Both the position numbers and the translations under genes were made by a program. A stretch of 63,942 nucleotides of DNA, the filler included, from Reticulomyxa filosa (taxonomy: Eukaryota; Protista; Foraminifera), in assembly GCA_000512085.1 (NCBI GenBank). It is 20 parts of 20 records of this genome, joined end to end, with 100 filler letters (N's around TTAATTAATTAA, not from the genome) between each part and the next. Parts side by side here need not be neighbours in the genome. Positions count along the whole stretch, not along the records: positions 1 to 1,435 come from ASPP01013246.1; positions 1,536 to 2,580 come from ASPP01040064.1; positions 2,681 to 8,345 come from ASPP01018782.1; positions 8,446 to 13,558 come from ASPP01007046.1; 16 more parts are not named here. The stretch is one strand, 5' to 3'. Below, piece by piece: positions 1 to 12,930 of the stretch. Each line of letters starts with the position of its first letter. Position 1 is the stretch's first letter. Below the pieces are notes generated by a model that did no database searches, was not told the DNA's origin, and saw only the letters and a program-made list of their open reading frames with translations.

Positions 1-39
1 ATACATACACACCACACACACACACACACGTATACGCAC

Positions 40-1340
40 AAAACTATCGTCGACCAAAGATTTATTTCGTACGCGCGCATGCGTGGACTCTCTCCTTTCC
101 AATTCGTCATTGCCTTGGATCGGCGGCATATCGGGGAAGCCAGCAAGGAGACTTTCGACCACTGAGTTGGTTTTGTTGGACGGGATGGCCGGCGCCAAAG
201 CGTCTTTCATCGACTTGCGGTGAAGTTTTTTGAGCGATTCTCGCGGGGACATTGGCGAGTGCAACAGCATGTCCGGTTTGTCCAGCGCACTGCAGCTGGA
301 AGAGAAGCGCGACGTCGCACCCACAGCGATTGCAGAAGCGGAAGCTGATGCTGACGTCGAAGCCGAAGCTAAGGCTGAAGTCGCTGCGGTAATGGCATTG
401 CTCGCAGCAGCAGCAGCAGCAGCAGCGGTCTGTGCCAATGCCATTGGGCTAGCCACCGCCCCTGACGCACGACCACTGGCCAGGGATGACGTGTCGCTAT
501 CATCGACAATGGCCGAAATGCGAATGATATTGTCGTGCTCGTCTACAAACTCGCCAACCAAATCCGAAATTGTAAACGGGATAGTTTGATGCTGCGAAAT
601 GCGGTCTTCTTCGTGCAAAGGAGATTGCAGACTCCCAGTCGTCACAAGCTCGGCCCCACTTGGCAATGCATTTCTAGTCTTATCTAATCGCGCGCCAAGT
701 TCTGATTTCTGTTCTTACCAAAACACATGGTCCACAATAGGTACAACATGGTACAATGCAAATGTAAACGTATATACGTATAATGCAGCAAAAAATAAAA
801 AAAAATAAAAAAAATTAAAAAAAAATTTTATTTTTTATTTTTATTTTTTTTTTTTTTACCAAGTTAAACATGTTTCGTGTGATTTCCTCCGTTTCCATAA
901 ACGACGGCGTCAGAAAAGATTCAGTCTTTTGAGTTGCGCCAGTGTAGGCGGGTGTTTGTTCCGCGTCCTCGTCCAAGGTGGACAGATGCGAGACGGACAA
1001 CTTGGACAGAAGCCCACGAGACACGACCAGTCCCAAGTGGTACAACAAAAAGTCCAGCTCGTGCAAGTCTGTAAACTTGAAGTCCTCTCGTTCAATGCAC
1101 AGCTTCCACTCGTCAAACATCACGTTCAGTTCTTGGTCGGTCAGCACTGTGTCGGGCTTCACCTTACGTACACTCTGCATAAACTTTTCCAAACTTATTT
1201 CGTTCAGCATGTCTTTGTGGTCTTTGATGTATTTCCGCAATTCTGCGCGGTGGATTCTCCGGAGCAATGGACTTCCATGTGCTACTAGTCCATGTTGGCT
1301 CACTCGCATAGAATGTACTCGTGACAACGAATTGTTTCTT
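40..1340 (-). CDS. Partial multi-exon hypothetical protein with an Ala/Ser-rich segment
   Basis: GC-richer open exons at ~860-1340 (RIHRAELRKYIKDHKDML...) and ~40-700 (HQTIPFTISDLVGEF...AAAAAA), separated by an AT-rich intron with a GTAAAA donor near 859. Confidence 0.55.
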
Positions 1341-1435
1341 TTATTTTTATTTTTAAAAAAAAAATAAAAATAAAATTTAAAAAAAAAAAAAAACAATAAC
1401 AATGCCTTGGAAATTGAGAGAGAGAGAGAGAGAGG

Positions 1436-1535
1436 NNNNNNNNNNNNNNNNNNNNNNNNNNNNNNNNNNNNNNNNNNNNTTAATTAATTAANNNNNNNNN
1501 NNNNNNNNNNNNNNNNNNNNNNNNNNNNNNNNNNN
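1436..1535. other. Artificial contig linker N44-TTAATTAATTAA-N44 (first of 19)
   Basis: Identical 100-nt spacer with stops in all six frames. It also starts at 2581, 8346, 13559, 16554, 18167, 20216, 22475, 25655, 29739, 45982, 48455, 50893, 52542, 56886, 58436, 59795, 61217 and 62562. Confidence 0.99.
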
Positions 1536-1894
1536 AAACACAAGATATTACCTTTATTGATATTTTCCAAGTGCAATTGCCAATCTCACAGCTACGAATA
1601 TTATGCGCCGTCCGTCTAGTTATTCCAACCATTTGCGCCATTATTTATCTATACAACAACAAAAACATATCTTATTATTATTGCAATGACAAAATAAAAT
1701 AAAAAATAACTTGACAAGACCACAAGGGTCACGTGTTAATTTGGATGCTGATGTGAATTTTTTCATGTTGAGCAATGAATGCGTGTGTGCGTTGTGAGAG
1801 CATAAATGCTTGGATAGACCATGCCTTGTGGAAAGTAGCTATGCAGCACAAAAAAGGTTTGGCATCACCACTGACTTACAAATCGATTGTCCGT

Positions 1895-2500
1895 CAGTTG
1901 TGTGCACAAATCCTTATTTGCGCTAACAGCGCTTCTACCACAAAGGCAGGTGCTGATCCATGATGGCGGCTGATTTTCCACCAAAATTTGCACCAACACT
2001 TGCAGCCGATTGGGAAATTGACAAAGTCCAATATCATGAATGTTTCTTTTTTTTGCGCCAAATCGTACGACATGTCTATTTTTTTTTGTTTGTTTTTAAA
2101 AAAAGTAGTAAAAAAAAAAAGAACATAACATTGAGGTATCGAAAAGTATTTAAAAAGTGTTGCTTACCAATTGATTTGTGGTTGAAGAATAGCGAATGGT
2201 AGTGCATGGCAAAATTGAACGTGTTGACAATGATAGCTTGGACGGTGACTTTGGACTTTGAATCGCCATTCTTTTTGATTGGAACGCGATAATTTGTAAA
2301 TGCAAAATTTCTGCCATTGTATGCATAATTGATAGCCAAATTCGGCGTTCGCGCCATCGTGGTACTGGTGCAATCTATCACAAGCCATACGTCAAATATT
2401 ATATGCGTTTCTGGCTGTCCAAACCATTTGTATAATCCATTCGGGTGTTGTGCGCTTATCACTATTACACCCACTTCAACTTGAATGCTGGTACATATAC
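1895..2500 (-). CDS. Partial hypothetical protein, two exons
   Basis: Exon VIVISAQHPNGLYKWF...HKSI, a GTAAGC donor at ~2167 and an AATAG acceptor at ~2076 give an in-frame continuation DMSYDLAQKKETF. Confidence 0.35.
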
Positions 2501-2949
2501 TATGTGTTTTTTTTTTTAAAAATCCATTTTAAATCAAATACATCATACGTATAATACATCATCCCCCTTATTTTTTCTTGNNNNNNNNNNNNNNNNNNNN
2601 NNNNNNNNNNNNNNNNNNNNNNNNTTAATTAATTAANNNNNNNNNNNNNNNNNNNNNNNNNNNNNNNNNNNNNNNNNNNNCAATTTCATATTTAAAAACT
2701 ACAATACTTGTAGATATTTTTTTTTAAAAAAAATTATGTCTAAATGTTGATTTTTATGAGAAAATCAATTATCATCATAATATATGTTTTATGCGTTCAG
2801 TTTTCTTTGCAACCTACTGTATTAGAGAATGAACGATTTGCTAATGTTGGCATTATACATTTGCAAACCTTTTCATTTCAACATTTTAAACTTGATTCCG
2901 AACATATACTACATAATTGATCTTAAAACAAATCTAAACAAAAAGGACA

Positions 2950-3901
2950 AAGAATTTTGGCAGGAAAAATTTTATAAATGACCTAATGTTGATTTGTGTA
3001 AAACTAATTTTTGGAATGGATATATATAAAGATGTCAGCCTTCTTCATGCAGGCTAAAGTAAGGCAAAAACGAACGTTGGTATACCATTGTCGGTAATAC
3101 TTTGTTACCGTTTAATAACTGTGCTTTCTGCAGTTAAATTAAAAAAAAAAAGATAGGTTTGTATATTTTCGATTATTAAACATCTTTCAAGGACACACAG
3201 GCGCAGTAAAAAGCGTAAGATTTTTGAACAGTGGCAGCGAGACTGTCATCATTGTGCGATAAAACAATTCGAATATGGGATATTCAATCGGGAAAACAAC
3301 TTTAAATTTTCAAAGACATTCTAACCACGTAAATTTGGTGGATTTTCTCCTGATGGATTCACGATTATATCATGTTCACAAGATAAAAGCATACGATTGT
3401 GGAATGTAGAATCAGGAACAGAATTGCTGAAATTATAAGGGCATTTGGATGCAGTATAGTATGTAAATTTTTCTCAATGGAAAATATATTGTATCAGGTT
3501 CATATGATAAAATAATACGATTGTGGGACGTACATTCTGGAAAAGAGATTCAAAAATTACAGTGGTATTTAAATGGAATAAGTAATGCTCAATTTTTATC
3601 AAATGGTAAAATGATTGTATCAGCATCTTTTGATAATACAATTGATCTATGGGATATACAATCAGACAAAATAATTCACAAAATATATGGACACAAGAAT
3701 TACTTGTCATGTACAAAATTTTCTCCTGATTGCAAATGTATTGTGTCTTGCTCACATGATAGAACGATTCGTTTATTGGATTTGAAAACAGGACAAAAAA
3801 CACAAAAATTGGAAGGTAATTCAAGTGTATATAGAATCGGTATTTCACAAGATGGAAATATGATTATTTCAGGTTCTCATGATAAGATTGTACCAGTATG
3901 A
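2950..3901 (+). pseudogene. WD40-repeat protein pseudogene
   Basis: Repeated GH...FS.DG..I.S.S.D.TIRLWD units. In-frame TAA/TAG stops and frameshifts occur at 3200-3480, and only the 3521-3901 part is open. Confidence 0.85.
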
Positions 3902-3960
3902 ATGGTCGAAGATATAACAAAGTTTTTTTAGTGAAAAAAAATAATAGTAATTAATAACTT

Positions 3961-4184
3961 TGTAGGGCAAGCCCTTATCACACATAGTTGACTTGTATGG
4001 AACTGAGGAGCTCCCTTTGGTTAAACTTCCTCAGTTAACTACTTCTTACTTCCTTGTCTTTTCTTACCTTCCTTTTGTCATTAATTCTCTTTAATTTACT
4101 TTCCTTTTATTGAAATTGTTCTTTTGGAACTAAGTTCCTTTCATATTACATTTAGTACAGATTCTCCACAGCAGACTCCCCACA
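3961..4184 (-). mobile_element. Solo-LTR-like element (224 bp) with 4-bp TSD ACTT
   Basis: Begins TGTAGGG and ends CCCCACA. ACTT flanks both sides (3957-3960, 4185-4188). It shares its termini and the motif TTTCRTATTACATTTARTACA with the element at 24541-24757. Confidence 0.75.
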
Positions 4185-4884
4185 ACTTAATACTTATATT
4201 GTTTTCTTAGTGGCTTTATTCCATTTGTGCTTTTGATTTTTTGTAAAAAAAAACAAACTTGTATTAGTTGCTATTAAATTCTTAGAAATTTCTATAATAA
4301 GGAACATTTAGTAATTTTATAAGAGCATACTCGACTATTCCAAAGCAATTAAATACTCTGAAATTACATTAAAGATGAAAAAGAAAATTTTTGGAAATAC
4401 GGGTGAATAGACTGCTAATGTTTGTTACGTCATTTTGGGCAGTTTAACTACATCCCTCACAATCAAACAGAAAAAAAAGCAAACAATTGCACATTATCCA
4501 ATACTGTCAAATTCTTTCAGCTTTTTAACGAAGAAAGAAGTATTGAAGGATATGTGAATATTTATTTTGTCCCCAAATAAATGCCCTTTTTTTCTTTGCG
4601 ACATTGCTTATCCAAATAACACTAATTACTTTTCATTTCATTCCGTTCTTGTTGTGAAAAACATAGTCTCACTTTCTCAAAAGATCCAGTTTACCAAAAA
4701 CTTTCAAGAATACAAGATTAAAATATGTCTTAAAAAACGTTTCCCAAAGACCTACAGCAATGAAAGTAAATTTCAAAAATTGCGCTCAACATTCTTTATT
4801 ATTGATGTACTTTTAACTAAAAGCGAAAAAAGTGTGTTTACGTTCGAGACTCGTACAAAGAATTTTTGTGTTTCAGGGTGTACG

Positions 4885-5851
4885 ATGAGCAAACATGAAG
4901 CTAAGCAGAATGAAAATAACAAAAGATCGAAGTCGAGATCCATAGAACGGCAAAGAGATAAGGACAGAAATAGAACTAGAGATAGGGATAGGGACAGAGA
5001 TAAAGCTAGAGACCACGACCGAGACAGAGAAAGAGATAGGAACAGAGACAAAGATCGAGACAGAGATAGAGATAGGGACCGAGATAGAGACAGAGACCGC
5101 GAGAGACACAGCCATCGACACTCAAGCCGAAGTCATAGCCATCGCCGTCATCACCGATCAAAGCGCGAGCGTACCCCCGAAAAATCAAAGAAAAGTGCAA
5201 GTCACAGCGACAGTAAGAATGTCCAACAAGAACATGCAACCGCGGCCGATGTGACATCCTCCAAGGACCCTTACCAAGTCCAAACTCAGTCCCAACCATT
5301 ACAACAACAACAGTCTCAATCCCAAGATCAAGTGCAAGAACAAACACAAACAAATCCAAAAAAAAATGAGATTATTGAAAGATCAAATAACAATAATAAT
5401 AACAATAAAAATAATAAAAAAGCCGACACAAAGAAGAAAACACAAACAGTGCAAGAATTGTTAGAAAAAGCAAGAAAAGAATTGGACAAAGAAACTGAAA
5501 AGAAAAAAAAATCCTCTGTTTTGTCTTTTTTTTTTAAAAAAAAAAAAAAAAGGTGATTTATGAATTTTATTTAGTTTATATTTGCATTTGCTTTGTCTTA
5601 AACAAATGTAGGCGGTAAGAGATATGGAAATGATTGAAATCACACTAAGTGATAGATTGGGAACAAAGACGAGAGTAAAGTGTTGCGAAAGCGACACCAT
5701 TGGAGATCTCAAGAAATTGATTGCGGTGCAAATTGGCACCAGACCCGAAAAAATCAAACTGCAAAAGTGGTATCAAGTTTTCAAAGACCACATCACTCTC
5801 GGAGATTATGAAATTAAGGATGGAATGGGTTTAGAGTTGTACTATGAATAA
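4885..5851 (+). CDS. UBL5: RD/RE-repeat low-complexity protein with a C-terminal Hub1/UBL5 ubiquitin-like domain (exons 4885-5517, 5612-5851; ~290 aa)
   Basis: 5624-5851 is a clear Hub1/UBL5 domain (MIEI...DRLG.K.RVKC...[43 protein letters not shown]). A phase-0 GT..AG intron at 5518-5611 joins it in frame to the upstream RDRD exon. Confidence 0.85.
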
Positions 5852-6098
5852 ACTTTCATATTTTATTTTTTCCAATTATTTTGGAGAAGGGGCGGGGGGC
5901 AAAGCCCCCCCTTTTTTTTATTTTTTATTTTCTTATGTTTCCACTATCCCTATCCTCATATACTACTATCTCCACTACAAATTATGCAAAACACAATTTT
6001 TACCACAATTTCGTATCCATCTTTGAACGAGAATCAAAATAGTGTTTCTAAAAAAAAATAAATTGTGAAAAGCAAAAAAAAAAAAGGCAATGAAAAGC

Positions 6099-6693
6099 TT
6101 ATTGACACGTATAAATCGAATAAAATTTGTAAGAATCACCAGAACAACCAGAAAAAGTAGTTTTTAAAGGCACGCCTTTGCAGTCGTTAGTGGCGTACGT
6201 GTACTGTGTGACGGAGCTGTTGTCACAAGTCCATTGCGTGCTAATGTCGTTGCCGTTGTCATTATAGGATAAACATTCGTTTACAGCTAAGGCCAGCTCT
6301 TCAAAGTTGTCAACGCTCGGCTGTCTGTTCCTGCAGTTGATTGACCGTGCAGGTCCTCAATGTGCAATAACGACTGACACGACGTATCTTGCGTGTCGGC
6401 GTTTTTGCAGTTCATTTGAAAGACCGTGGACGGGAATATGTCATACTCACTATGTATTGATTCCCTTGGCAGTCGGATGTTTGGGGAAATACACGGTACT
6501 CGACCGTGTTTGTCGATGGATCGCATACATAAATACTTGAACGTGTCACGTTCACACGCTGCGTATTCATGCACATACCGGTGGCAATGCCATAGCTCAA
6601 ATCTTGACTAAATTGAATAAACCCACAAGAAGAGGCAGCCAGCAAAAAAAAATGGCATGCTAACACACTTGTTATCAAATATAACGACATCAT
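6099..6693 (-). CDS. Secreted cysteine-rich protein, interrupted reading frame
   Basis: Signal-peptide-like N-terminus and two similar C..C..DC.G modules (VCDPSTNTVEYRVFPQTSDCQG; TCDNSSVTQYTYATNDCKG). The coding signal is spread over three frames. Confidence 0.55.
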
Positions 6694-7289
6694 TTTTAAA
6701 CTTTTTTTTTTTTGTGAGAAGGAAGCACGTTTGGTTTTGAAGCTTGGAAGTGTTGTAATTTTACAAACACAACCTGTGTTTTTGACTGTCGATCTTTTAT
6801 CACTGCAAGTATTTGCACGTTATTTTTTTATTACAATAAAAAACGGTATATTACAGTGTCAACAAGGCTAACTGTTCAAATTACTTTATTGCACATTATT
6901 TAAGACACAAGCAAGAACAAATATTTTTGAATGAATTTGATATTGTAAATATGTTATATTTTTTTAGCTGGGAAATGTATTTGTTTGATGATTTTATCCA
7001 ACCTCTCTTCATCGTCCCAGAAAGCAAAAAGAAATAGCTAAATGCTTGCATTAAGTTTTGTATTTTATCTCAATAGTTTTTTTCAAAAACGACATCTTTT
7101 GGCGGATTATAAAAAAAGAAACACTTTTTGGAAATTTCAAGCCACTTGCAGAATAAGCAAAGAAAGAATACAAAAATCTTGCAAAATTTAATCAGTATAG
7201 GCCAACACATTTCGAAATGTAGTCGTTTACGAACATTTTACAAACAAGAATGACAGTAAATTTAAAAAAAAGTTGATGACATATAGTCA

Positions 7290-8318
7290 CCCCCAAATTT
7301 AAATGAGGCCTTTGTATGAACCATAACATAAACTACAACTATTTGATTTATCATTGTCATTTCTTTTCTTTTTCAATGATAAAAATTTTAAACATGTTAA
7401 TCCATCGACTTCATTCTTGTCTCCTTTGATTGCATATAATTCATTTTTATTTGATTGAATATCACAAAAACGAATTGTATTATCATATGATCAAGAACAT
7501 ATTACCACCAACTTCGTTACAGCTCTTAACCACAAATGGTGAATATTCAGCAGTACACACAATATGTATATATCCATTGAATACTTGAATTTGTTCACCA
7601 AATCGAATATCTCACAAATATCGACCACCATTAAATAGAGAGAATTCAATTCCACAAACGCAACCACTGTGATCATTGTAAATCTGTACTTGTTGATCAT
7701 GTTTGATATCCCAAAAACGAATAGTACAGTCATTTGATGAAGAACAAATAACATTACGACGATGATTGTGATTAGTGATATGGTGAAAATTTCACACAAT
7801 ACACTGAATCCGAATGCCCTTTGAACGATCGAATTTGTTTGTTGGTATCAGCATTCCATACACGAACTGTTTTATCATCTGATCCAGAACAAATTAATTA
7901 ACCACTATCGAATGTTGAAATATCAATACGCCACACAACTTCAGTGTGTCCAGTGAATGTTTTGAGTAATTTAGATGACGAATGAAATGTATTAAATATG
8001 AAGATGACAATTGCGTGTGACAAGTATTATAAACAACAAGCAAACAAATGAACATTTAAACATAATATAGTTGACAACAAGCTCGTCAAAATCCTGGATC
8101 CATCCAAATGTAATGTTTAATACTCGAATCCAATGTTGAATAATTATTCGAATATATTCTTCTTCAAACTGGTTTAATCAAAGATCACATATGATCAGTA
8201 CAATACAACATAAAGACAGACAAGAAATGAAGCTTATCAACGCTAATTGCTTTGATGTTTTTCATTGTTAAGCTAACCGTTGTTTCAACTTCTTTTGCTT
8301 CTTTTCTTGTAAGCATCT
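7290..8318 (-). pseudogene. WD40-repeat protein pseudogene (Reticulomyxa-type N-terminus)
   Basis: IIIQHWIRVLNITFGWIQDFDELVVNY, SSKLLKTFTGH and ICSGSDDKTVRVW motifs, with stops and frameshifts. Confidence 0.85.
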
Positions 8319-8533
8319 TAGATGGAAAAATGTTTGAATTTTTTTNNNNNNNNNNNNNNNNNNNNNNNNNNNNNNNNNNNNNNNNNNNNTTAATTAATTA
8401 ANNNNNNNNNNNNNNNNNNNNNNNNNNNNNNNNNNNNNNNNNNNNTTTTTTTCACTGTCGTAAATGTATATACATATATATACATATATGTATATACATA
8501 TATATACATATATGTATATATATATATGTATAT

Positions 8534-10777
8534 GTGCAAATTGAATCTCGCAGATATGATGATCCCCAAATCAAAGCGTGGTTTGAGATTGAGTTGAAGC
8601 CGACCCAACCCCAGTCACCAACATTGAAAACCATTGTGAACACGACAGTATGGGAAGAGATGGAAAAAATTGGAATGGAAGCAGAAAAGGCCACCAAGTC
8701 GGTGAAAAAGCATTATAAACAAAGCAAAAGCAAGGGCAAGCACAAACATAAAAACAAAGACAAAGACAAATATGGCGTAGAGACACAACAAACAATAATC
8801 CATCCGGAAGAACTGACCTCCACTTCGTTGTCTGCCGTGCTTCCACAAATTTCAAAAAGCGACGAAAAACAAGACGAATTTGACGAACCAATGACATCGC
8901 TGTCCCCAGCACCCAGTGATCCCCTTTCCCCGAGGTTCGAGGAAAGTTCCCAGAACGAACGAAGGCCAACTAGTCGTCCACGTATTCGTAAGAAATTCAC
9001 TTGGGCAAAGCAAATTGGAGAGGACAGCCAAGTCAACGAACTGCCCTTATTTCGAAGGGCTACGCGCTATCCGTGCAGTCCGATTCGCATTTCTCCTTTG
9101 AACAATGGACAAGAGTACTCGATTCAAATCAAGGCGGTCACATTGACCGAGATCAAAGTGACCAAATGGAGTGATCAAGTGATCCCGAAAGGAGTGCCGC
9201 CACCTCCAAGTATCACCAAATTGCTGCCGCGGCAGAACAGTGCTATGATCGCCTTCGACTGTGCAGATTTTGGTATTGAAGAATTCCGCGCTAAGTATGA
9301 CGTGGAAAGCATCCCCGCCACCATTCCTATGAAAGACTGCATTCATTCTCCAATCGTCTTCAAAGGCTTGCGAAATGGAGTCAATTACAAGTTTGTCGTG
9401 TGCGCCAGGAATAAAGAAGGCAAATCACAGTGGAGCCAACCAAGTGTGGGTATTACTCCTTTAATGGTATGTAATGTGTGGTATATAACCATGTGTTTTG
9501 TTAACTGTAACAAATAACTTTATTATTTGTTATACTCGATTGTGGTTCATTCCAAATACTACTATATTACAAAAGGTGCCTCCACAACCTGTTTATCTCA
9601 CATGTGTTCCATTTGACTCGGAAGTGGCTCTGTTCTGGGCGTGTGAAGAATTGGGTATGCCCGAGTATCAAGGGTGGTACGAAGCAGTGAGCGATCCTCC
9701 CACTTATACCATGATGACAAATCGACAACAAGCACGCTTCCGCTTTTTAAAAAATGAGTCGTCGTATACGTTCAAAGTGTATGCAGTGAACCCTGTCGCG
9801 AGAAGAGAGTCAGAGTGGAGCTCTCCGTGCCAACCGACCAATGGAGGCACCAAAACAGCGTATCTGAGAGAAAAAAAACGAGTGGCCTGTTTAATGCGTG
9901 AGAGGGTTTTGCAAGACCGAAAGTTGCGATTGCAAAGAAAGGCTCAAGAGAAGCAAGCGATACACCAAAAGAAACGAGAAGTGTTACAAAATATGGAAGA
10001 GAAAGAGAGCAAAAGTGTGATCCAAAAGAAATTAGATCGGAAAAAAAAAAGGAAGTAAAAATTGCTGAACGAGAAAAAAAAATGGAGCAAGGTAGAGCGG
10101 AACGACAAAAGAAAATGGATGGTATGCAAACTATATTTTATGGTGTTAGGGTTGTTTTTTTTTTTTTTTGAGTGGGAAAGAAAGAGAGAGAGAGAGAGAA
10201 GAGGGGGGAGGGAAAAGAAAACAAAACAAAAACAAAAAAAAAGACGGAGAGGGACGCTATGGTGGCCAAAGTGATGACAATCTTCGGATGAATAGAGCAA
10301 CGGAAAAAAGTATTGTTGAACAAACGACGAATATCGATGCTCCATCAAGAAAGAATTGACGCAGTGCAATTCCAATGGAATCCGCATGGAGCCAACACCA
10401 GACTACTGTCAATTGCCACTGAACCCAGTATAATGGCAGACGCGCAAAAAGCCAAGCTCAAGAACACCAAGTCGGGAACGAAAACACCCAAGAACTCGAT
10501 GTCACCTACTTCGCCAAAAACCAGGTCGAATCAACAGGACCAGCAATTAACAATTAGATTGAATCAGTCAGAGAGGTCGCCAAAGTCTCCCTCTTCTCCC
10601 AATAAATCCCCCTCTTCTTCCAATAAATCCCCGACGTCGAACCGTTCATCCAAATCTCCCAAGGTAAGACAAACTCAGCTGTCACCAACCAAATCAAACT
10701 CTCGTGAGAAATCACCAAAGAGAGGTAATCCAAAGAAAAATGGATCTGACATCAAGGAAGATGAGAAAATCGACTAA
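8534..10777 (+). CDS. Fibronectin type III repeat protein with a coiled coil and an S/P-rich tail (5' partial, multi-exon)
   Basis: Three FN3 C-terminal signatures (PLNNGQEYSIQIKAV, GLRNGVNYKFVVCARNKEGKSQWS, FLKNESSYTFKVYAVN...SEWS). Introns near 9467-9575 and ~10122-10250. Confidence 0.8.
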
Positions 10778-11272
10778 ATAAGAAAGTTGTGTGTTAATTT
10801 AGTGAGCTAATGCAGTGCAACATACGAGGTTTATTTTTTTTGTTTATCTTTTTTTCATGTCATTAGCGTGTCGCGTGTTTAAAGAAAACGAAATAATCGT
10901 TTTTTCTTATAATTTGTTTTGTATGTTTTCAACCAAACTGTAAATCTCATGTCATATTCCAAAAAAATGTGCCACCTCAAGAAAGTTCACAAATTCAATA
11001 AAAAAGCCTTCATATACTGTGTTTGTCACGGCTCTTCCTTCAGGCTTTGAATGGTAATGCAAACTGAAGCCATTCAGAAGTACGCCTCCAGGAAAACTTG
11101 AAAACTTGCATTACACACAAAGCAGACACATTCAATTTGCAAACATAATCCACAGATCTACAGTACAAATGCAGGTTTTTCGAGCAACAAGCCGTTCCCG
11201 AAAAAAAATGACGAATAATTATTGAAAATTAATTTGGGAAAAAAATAAAACATATTTATTTTTGAAACAATT

Positions 11273-11988
11273 TCAGAATTGTGTGACATTTGATTTGCTC
11301 TTGTTGACATCCTTCATTAAAATTCCGTCATTCTCATCAGATGACTGATACGCATATTTGAGCAGTCTGTTATCACTTTGTTCAGCTTTGCTATCGTCAG
11401 TAAACAGTATGTTCCGTTTCTTTGAAATAAGGTCATTCAGAATAGTAATCCTGCGATATAAATTTGATAACCTTAGGCCGTAAATACTCCCCAATGATAA
11501 TAATATGAACAATAAAGGCGCTAAGCTCGCTACCAATGCAAATACTGATTGCGGAACACACCTCGACTGATCTTGGGTGGTATCCGGAGAGTCACATAAA
11601 CTATGGTATTCAATCAAATACCAATATATTAACACGGTACTAAATAAGGATACTATTAGGCCCACCGATTGAAGCAATGAAAATAGTGTAAAAACTAAAA
11701 TAATGCGAGAGCGCTGTTGCTGTTGTTTAGTTCGAATGCCATACATCCCTAAAAAAAAAGAAATATACCTACAAATACTGCCAAAATTATATACCATCGA
11801 GGATAAATACACTCAATAATTCCACCAATTACAAATACCAATAATTGTATTTTAAGGACATTTGATAGTCTTCTTATGTTTTGGCTGATCCACGTGCAAT
11901 GCCGACTTAGCATCATGTGATGTTGATGTTGCTCAGCATTATTTGGGCTCCAGTCTTGTGAGATTATTTGTAATGGTTGTTGATCCAT
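11273..11988 (-). CDS. Four-TM membrane protein with a Cys pair in the large loop; frameshift in a homopolymer at ~11750
   Basis: ORFs 11749-11988 and 11273-11812 join across a T9 run. Four hydrophobic segments and the loop CDSPDTTQDQSRC. Confidence 0.6.
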
Positions 11989-12930
11989 TTTTGTTCTGCT
12001 TTGGATTTTTGAATGTATAAGAACGTACAGATTTCACCTCCTTTTTTTTTGTAAACTATTGTCGTTGAAATCAAACAATGTATGTCTTAAAAAAACATGA
12101 TATCAAGTTAAGTAAAACTGGTCAACGAAAAATCAACTTTTTGTTGAAAGCAATGTTACGCTCATTTGTTAGGGCATCACATTTATATTAAATTATTCGA
12201 GATAACACCCTCATCGAAAGCGTAACCCAACACACAAAACATATTGTCCAAAAAGTGGCGAGTACTTAAAAAAAACAAGTCAAAAAAAAAAAGAAAGAGC
12301 CACAATGTGAAGCGCACCAAAGACTGGCGGAATAAAAGGGTTTTTTTTTTTTTTTCCCCATAACAACAAGATTACCAAACATTGACTGTATTTGTCAAAA
12401 ATTTGATGTAATTTCGAAAACACTAAAAACTCTGTGCTGCTGAGGTACAACACTTGAATCTTTATTTCCACCTTTAACAAAAAAAAAAAAAGAAGAAACC
12501 ACTTATACAATCAGTCATGGTCACAATCAAAAACTATTAAAAAAAGAAACTATTGTTTGTGCCCACATTGTGTATTATTTATTGTGTTAGTACTTTATTT
12601 TATTTTATTGTGTTTTTTTTTTTTTTTTTTTTTTAGTTTGGTACTTTTAATATTTGCCTCCTCTTTTTCTCTTCGAAACAACATTTTTTTTTTTTTTTTT
12701 TCTTCCTGCTATTAGTTTCCACAAAGTGGAGTTTCCTGTTGAGAACATTGAGAAATGTAGAGGACTTACATATGTGTATGTGAGAGGGAGGAAGGGGGGG
12801 GGGGGATCAAGAAAAAAAAAAGTATGGACACGAAATATTTGAGTAGTAATGGCAACTAGCAAACACCACCAAATAATATTATACACAAAGTGGTGCGGGA
12901 GGAAAAATTCCATAAAGCTCAGGATAGAAG

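Noticed and set aside
3290-3470. In-frame TAA/TAG at Gln/Glu/Trp-like positions in WD40 repeats suggesting a ciliate-like reassigned genetic code
   Set aside because: Conserved genes here (RPS11, UBL5, RPL35) end in TAA and contain no internal stops. The same region also has frameshifts, so it is a pseudogene.
11745-11765. Programmed ribosomal frameshifting at A/T runs (also ~31085, ~34650, ~40180, ~55795)
   Set aside because: The shifts fall in homopolymers across unrelated genes, which is the pattern of pyrosequencing length errors. No stimulatory structure was seen.
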